Assembly (NCBI RefSeq): GCF_006345805.1
Contig: NC_043021.1
Span: 19,592,001 to 19,656,000 of the forward strand
Reading direction: 5' to 3'
Source of the DNA: Octopus sinensis
Taxonomy: Eukaryota
DNA: 64,000 bases
Shown here: positions 59,603-64,000 of the stretch, in pieces
Position numbering within the stretch: the stretch's first letter is position 1
Layout: each line of letters begins with the position of its first letter
Made by a program: the position numbers and the translations under genes
Notes under the pieces: generated by a model
Databases searched by the model: none
Seen by the model: only the letters and a program-made list of their open reading frames with translations
What the model was told of the DNA's origin: nothing

Positions 59603-61794
59603 CTGAGAAGGGAGACAACTAGGTTAATTACATGCATACACACATAAGCATTGGTAAGCTGTGCTTAACAAGTTACGAGTTCAATCTCAGGGCAGAGTAC
59701 TGTGGAATTTCTATTATAGGTGTGTGTGTGTGTGCAGGTGCATGCATCAGTGTATTAAGTGAAGCTCCTCCGATTTCAATTACAAACATTCAAGTAATCG
59801 ATCGACAGAATTATATGCTAAACTAATATGCATGCATACCTGTGTATATATATTTCTTTATTGCCCACAAGGGGCTAAACACAGAGGGGAAAACAAGGAC
59901 AGACAAAGGGATTAAGTCGATTACATCGACCCCAGTGCATAACTGGTTCTTAATTTATCGACCCCGAAAAGGATGAAAGGCAAAGTCGACCTCGGCGGAA
60001 TTTGAACTCAGAATGTAACAGCAGACGAAATACCTATTTCTTTATTACCCACAAGGGGCTAAACACAGAGGGGAAAACAAAAACAGACAAAGGGATTAAG
60101 TCGATTACATCGACCCCAGTGAGTAACTGGTTCTTAATTTATCAACCCCCGAAAGGATGAAAGGCAAAGTCGACCTCGGCGGAATTTGAACTCAGAATGT
60201 AACAGCAGACGAAATACCTATTTCTTTATTACCCACAAGGGGCTAAACACAGAGGGGAAAACAAAAACAGACAAAGGGATTAAGTCGATTACATCGACCC
60301 CAGTGAGTAACTGGTTCTTAATTTATCAACCCCCGAAAGGATGAAAGGCAAAGTCGACCTCGGCGGAATTTGAACTCAGAACGTAACGGTAGACGAAATA
60401 CGGCTACGGATTTCGCCCGGCATGCTAACGTTTCTGCCAGCTCGCCACCTTACCTGTGTATATATAATATATCAAGATTCAGGTGAATAAGGCACTTAAA
60501 TGGGTCAAAATTAAAATGCATGCACAGCAAGTATTGATGAATACAAATATTTGAACCGAAGTACAGGCAGAAAGTTATTCAGGTTATGTATACAATTAAT
60601 TGAACCTGAGTTTACTATCAGCCTTTGGGTTAATCAGAAACACCCATTGTATTAAATAGATATACTTTGGAACATGCAAGGAGCAGGTTCTGAGAGAGGT
60701 GAATCATAAATATATAAATAACCATGGACAGGCGTCAAGTCATTACAGCTGTTTCTAACGAATTATTTTAATTGATTACAGAGTATATTATATCATTATA
60801 AAAAACTGTTTTCTTCAGATGAATACACAAACTTTACTGTGAAGGACATTCAAAAACATTTAAAATTTGCAGCGTCTGCTTTATTTTCTGACTCCATAAT
60901 CATCGCTGGCCGCTGTGTTGTTGTGCGTATGTATAATATATATACACATGCATACACATATGTATACACACACACACACACACACACACTTATAGATAAC
61001 ATAATCATCATCATCGTTGTTTAATGTCCACTTTCCATGCTAGCATGGGTTGTATGATCTGATTGAGGACTGGCAAACCAGATGGCTGCACCAGGCTCCA
61101 ATCTGATCCAGCAGAGTTTCTACAGCTGGATGCCCTTCCTAACGCCAATCACTCTGAGAGTATCATTATTATTGTTATTAAATATATATATATATATATA
61201 CACAATGTATTATATACATATATATATATATACACAATGTATTATATACATATATATATTTCTTTACTACCCACAAGGGGCTAAACATAGAGGGGACAAA
61301 CAAGGACAGACAAACGGATTAAGTCGATTACATAGACCCCAGTGCGAAACTGGTACTTTATTTATCAACCCTGAAAGGATGAAAGGCAAAGTCGACCTCG
61401 GCGGAATTTGAACTCAGAACGTAACAGCAGACGAAATACAGCTACGCATTTCGCCTGGCGTGCTAACATATATACATATATATATATATATGTGTGTGTG
61501 TCCAACCCATGCTAGCATGGAAAACAGACGCTAAACGATGATGATGTGTGTGTGTGTGTGTGTGTGTATAATGTGTGTATTACATATATACATTATATGT
61601 TGAGTGCAGATAGTTGGAACATTTTACCCTAAGTCTTAACAATTCAATTTGCCATCTAACCACCAAGGCCCTGCTGGAAGGCAATTATACTCCAGCATGG
61701 GCACGTTACAATGATAGAAACAAGATGAAAAGTAGAAAACATCAATGATGTAGAAACAGGTTGGGAAAAGATGAAATAGAAAACGAGCGGAGAC

Positions 61795-62057
61795 CTTAAC
61801 TGGAGGCTTCAGACAGTACATATGATGTCCTCGGTCACAACCATCACACAGAAGCATGTGCTCGCCATCACCTTTACGCCGACAGATTCGACAACGAGCG
61901 TGCAGTGCGGATTTCGACCAAATGATACTTTTCTCCAAGGAAGACAAATGGAGGAAGATTTGAGGAAAGCTGGTGCAATTACATAAAGATTCTTCCCATC
62001 GTTCAAACACACTCTTTTTACTCTTCGACTTCGGAGTCACTTCAACTTTTTCTTCAT
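61795..62057 (-). CDS. BAZ1A: BAZ1A/ACF1-like exon with PHD1 (ERWEESL...WSKSALHARCRICRRKGDGEHMLLCDGCDRGHHMYC)
   Basis: Polypyrimidine-tag acceptor; close match to BAZ1A WSKS..ARC.ICR.KGD...LCDGCDRGHH; weak donor AAG/gtctcc. Confidence 0.9.
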
Positions 62058-63149
62058 CTAAAAACAAAAAAAAAAAGTTTTTTTTTAAATGTCATAAATA
62101 ACTGTTTGAAATTATTCCATTCTTATTTCTTTGTTGCCCACAAGGGGCAAAACAGAGAGAGGGCAAACAAAGGTATTAAGTTGATTACATCGACCCCCGT
62201 GCATAACTGGTATTTAATTTATCGACCCTGAAAGGATGAAGGGCAAAGTCGACCTCAGCGGAATTTGAACCCAGAACGTAACAGCATATGAAATACCTAT
62301 TTCTTCACTATCCACAAGGGGCTAAACAGAGAGAGGACAAACAAAGGTATTAAGTCGATTACATCAACCCCAGTGCATAACTGGTACTTAATTTATCGAC
62401 CCCGAAAGGATGAAAGGCAAAGTCGACCTTGGCGGAATTTGAACCCAGAACGTAACGGCAGATGAAATACCGCTAAGCATTTCGTCCGGCGTGATAACGT
62501 TTCTGCCAGCTTACCGCTTTCATTATTCCATTCTTGGCATCTCTGCCTTATCTTTTGTACAATTACCATTTCAATGGCTCCTGATCCTTGCATTTACAAT
62601 TTCCTTTCTAACACATCTGAGACTTATCCTCCCACCTCTGTTCACCACTTAGAACTGTCTTACTTCAACTGACTCCAAGCCCTAAATTACCAACCCATTT
62701 CATATCAACCTGCCTGAACACATCCCTAGTTCTATACAAACTTACTGCTTCAACCCTTTAGCTTTTAAACCAGATATATCGGCCCAAATATTCTCCCTGT
62801 TTTCTGTTCAAACCAACCAGAGCTGACCTCTCACACCTGCCCTACAATGTCATTCTAAAAGCAAACAGTCACATCGATTTCTCAAAGCTACAAAGCAAGG
62901 CCTGATTAGTTCAAAACAATGTGAATAAATAAGCATTACATTTGACAGAATAATCTGAATGCTAAAAGGTTAAACAAGGTCCTGTGTAAGACAGTTCAGT
63001 ATTCTCTGCAAATGCACAAAAACCGTTTTAAGTGCTAAATACTTTGTATTGTTGTTATTGGATTGGCGAAACGATTATGAGAACAGAACCAAGGGATAAG
63101 CCCCGCTTTCCCAGGAATTACTGGGTACGTCAGCTAGTATATGTGTGTG

Positions 63150-63193
<44 letters not shown>

Positions 63194-63538
63194 ATATACT
63201 CTTTTACTTGTTTCAGTCATTTGACTGCGGCCATGCTGGAGCACCGCCTTTAGTCGAGCAAATCAACCCCGGGACTTATTCTTTTGCCGAACCGCTAAAG
63301 TAACGGGGACATAAACACACCAGCATCGGTTGTCAAGCAATGCTAGGGGGACAAACACAAACACATATATATATATACGACGGGCTTCTTTCAGTTTCCA
63401 TCTACCAAATCCACTCACAAGGTTTTGGTCGGCCCGAGGCTATAGTAGAAGACACTTGCCCAAGATGCCACGCAGTGGGACTGAACCCGGAACCATGTGG
63501 TTGGTAAACAGGCTACTTACCACACAGCCACTCCTCTA

Positions 63539-63574
<36 letters not shown>

Positions 63575-63822
63575 AAATTGAATACGGGTAGAAATTGATA
63601 TTAATCAATTAAAACCAGTGGCATATTAAAGAAATCCGAAGATTAAAATATTTTTACATACAAAATTTAAAGGACTGACCACAAAAGTGGACGGTCAATA
63701 TGCTAGATATAGACGTCAAAATAGCGATTTTGACATCTATATCTAGCATATTGACCGTCCACTTTTAGTGGTCAGTCCATTAAATTTTGTATATACATAC
63801 ATATACATACATATATATATAC

Positions 63823-63863
<41 letters not shown>

Positions 63864-63877
63864 CATACATACACATA

Positions 63878-63911
<34 letters not shown>

Positions 63912-64000
63912 AATACATACATACATACATACATATATATGAGAAAGGCTCTTTCCAGTCTCCATCTACCAAATCTACTGACAAGATTACGATTACGGTA

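Overview
AT-rich, repeat-dense animal genomic DNA. The SINE families and microsatellite load suggest an octopus/coleoid cephalopod (inference, no search run). Two convergent genes are present. On +, the last 19 coding exons of an axonemal dynein heavy chain, DNAH2-like (768..44465; splice phases consistent, 1015 aa plus stop). On -, the last 6 coding exons of BAZ1A/ACF1 (PHD-PHD-bromodomain; 62057..50956). Introns are filled with SINEs, RTE/CR1 LINE fragments, MITEs and mini/microsatellites. Features the gene model does not explain: (1) many hammerhead-ribozyme (HHR) motifs from unrelated Penelope-like-element (PLE)/retrozyme-like families, including one fully canonical motif and several recurring core variants, many in fold-back elements inserted in (TA)n; (2) a decayed ~5 kb PLE with an extra upstream ORF overlapping the RT ORF at a UUUUUUA heptamer, plus a six-fold CRE+CCAAT array; (3) an inverted pair of 22-bp minisatellites bracketing two frame-symmetric dynein exons; (4) an out-of-order, SINE-interrupted copy of a dynein exon. 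All RNA structures were paired by eye and none is experimentally shown.
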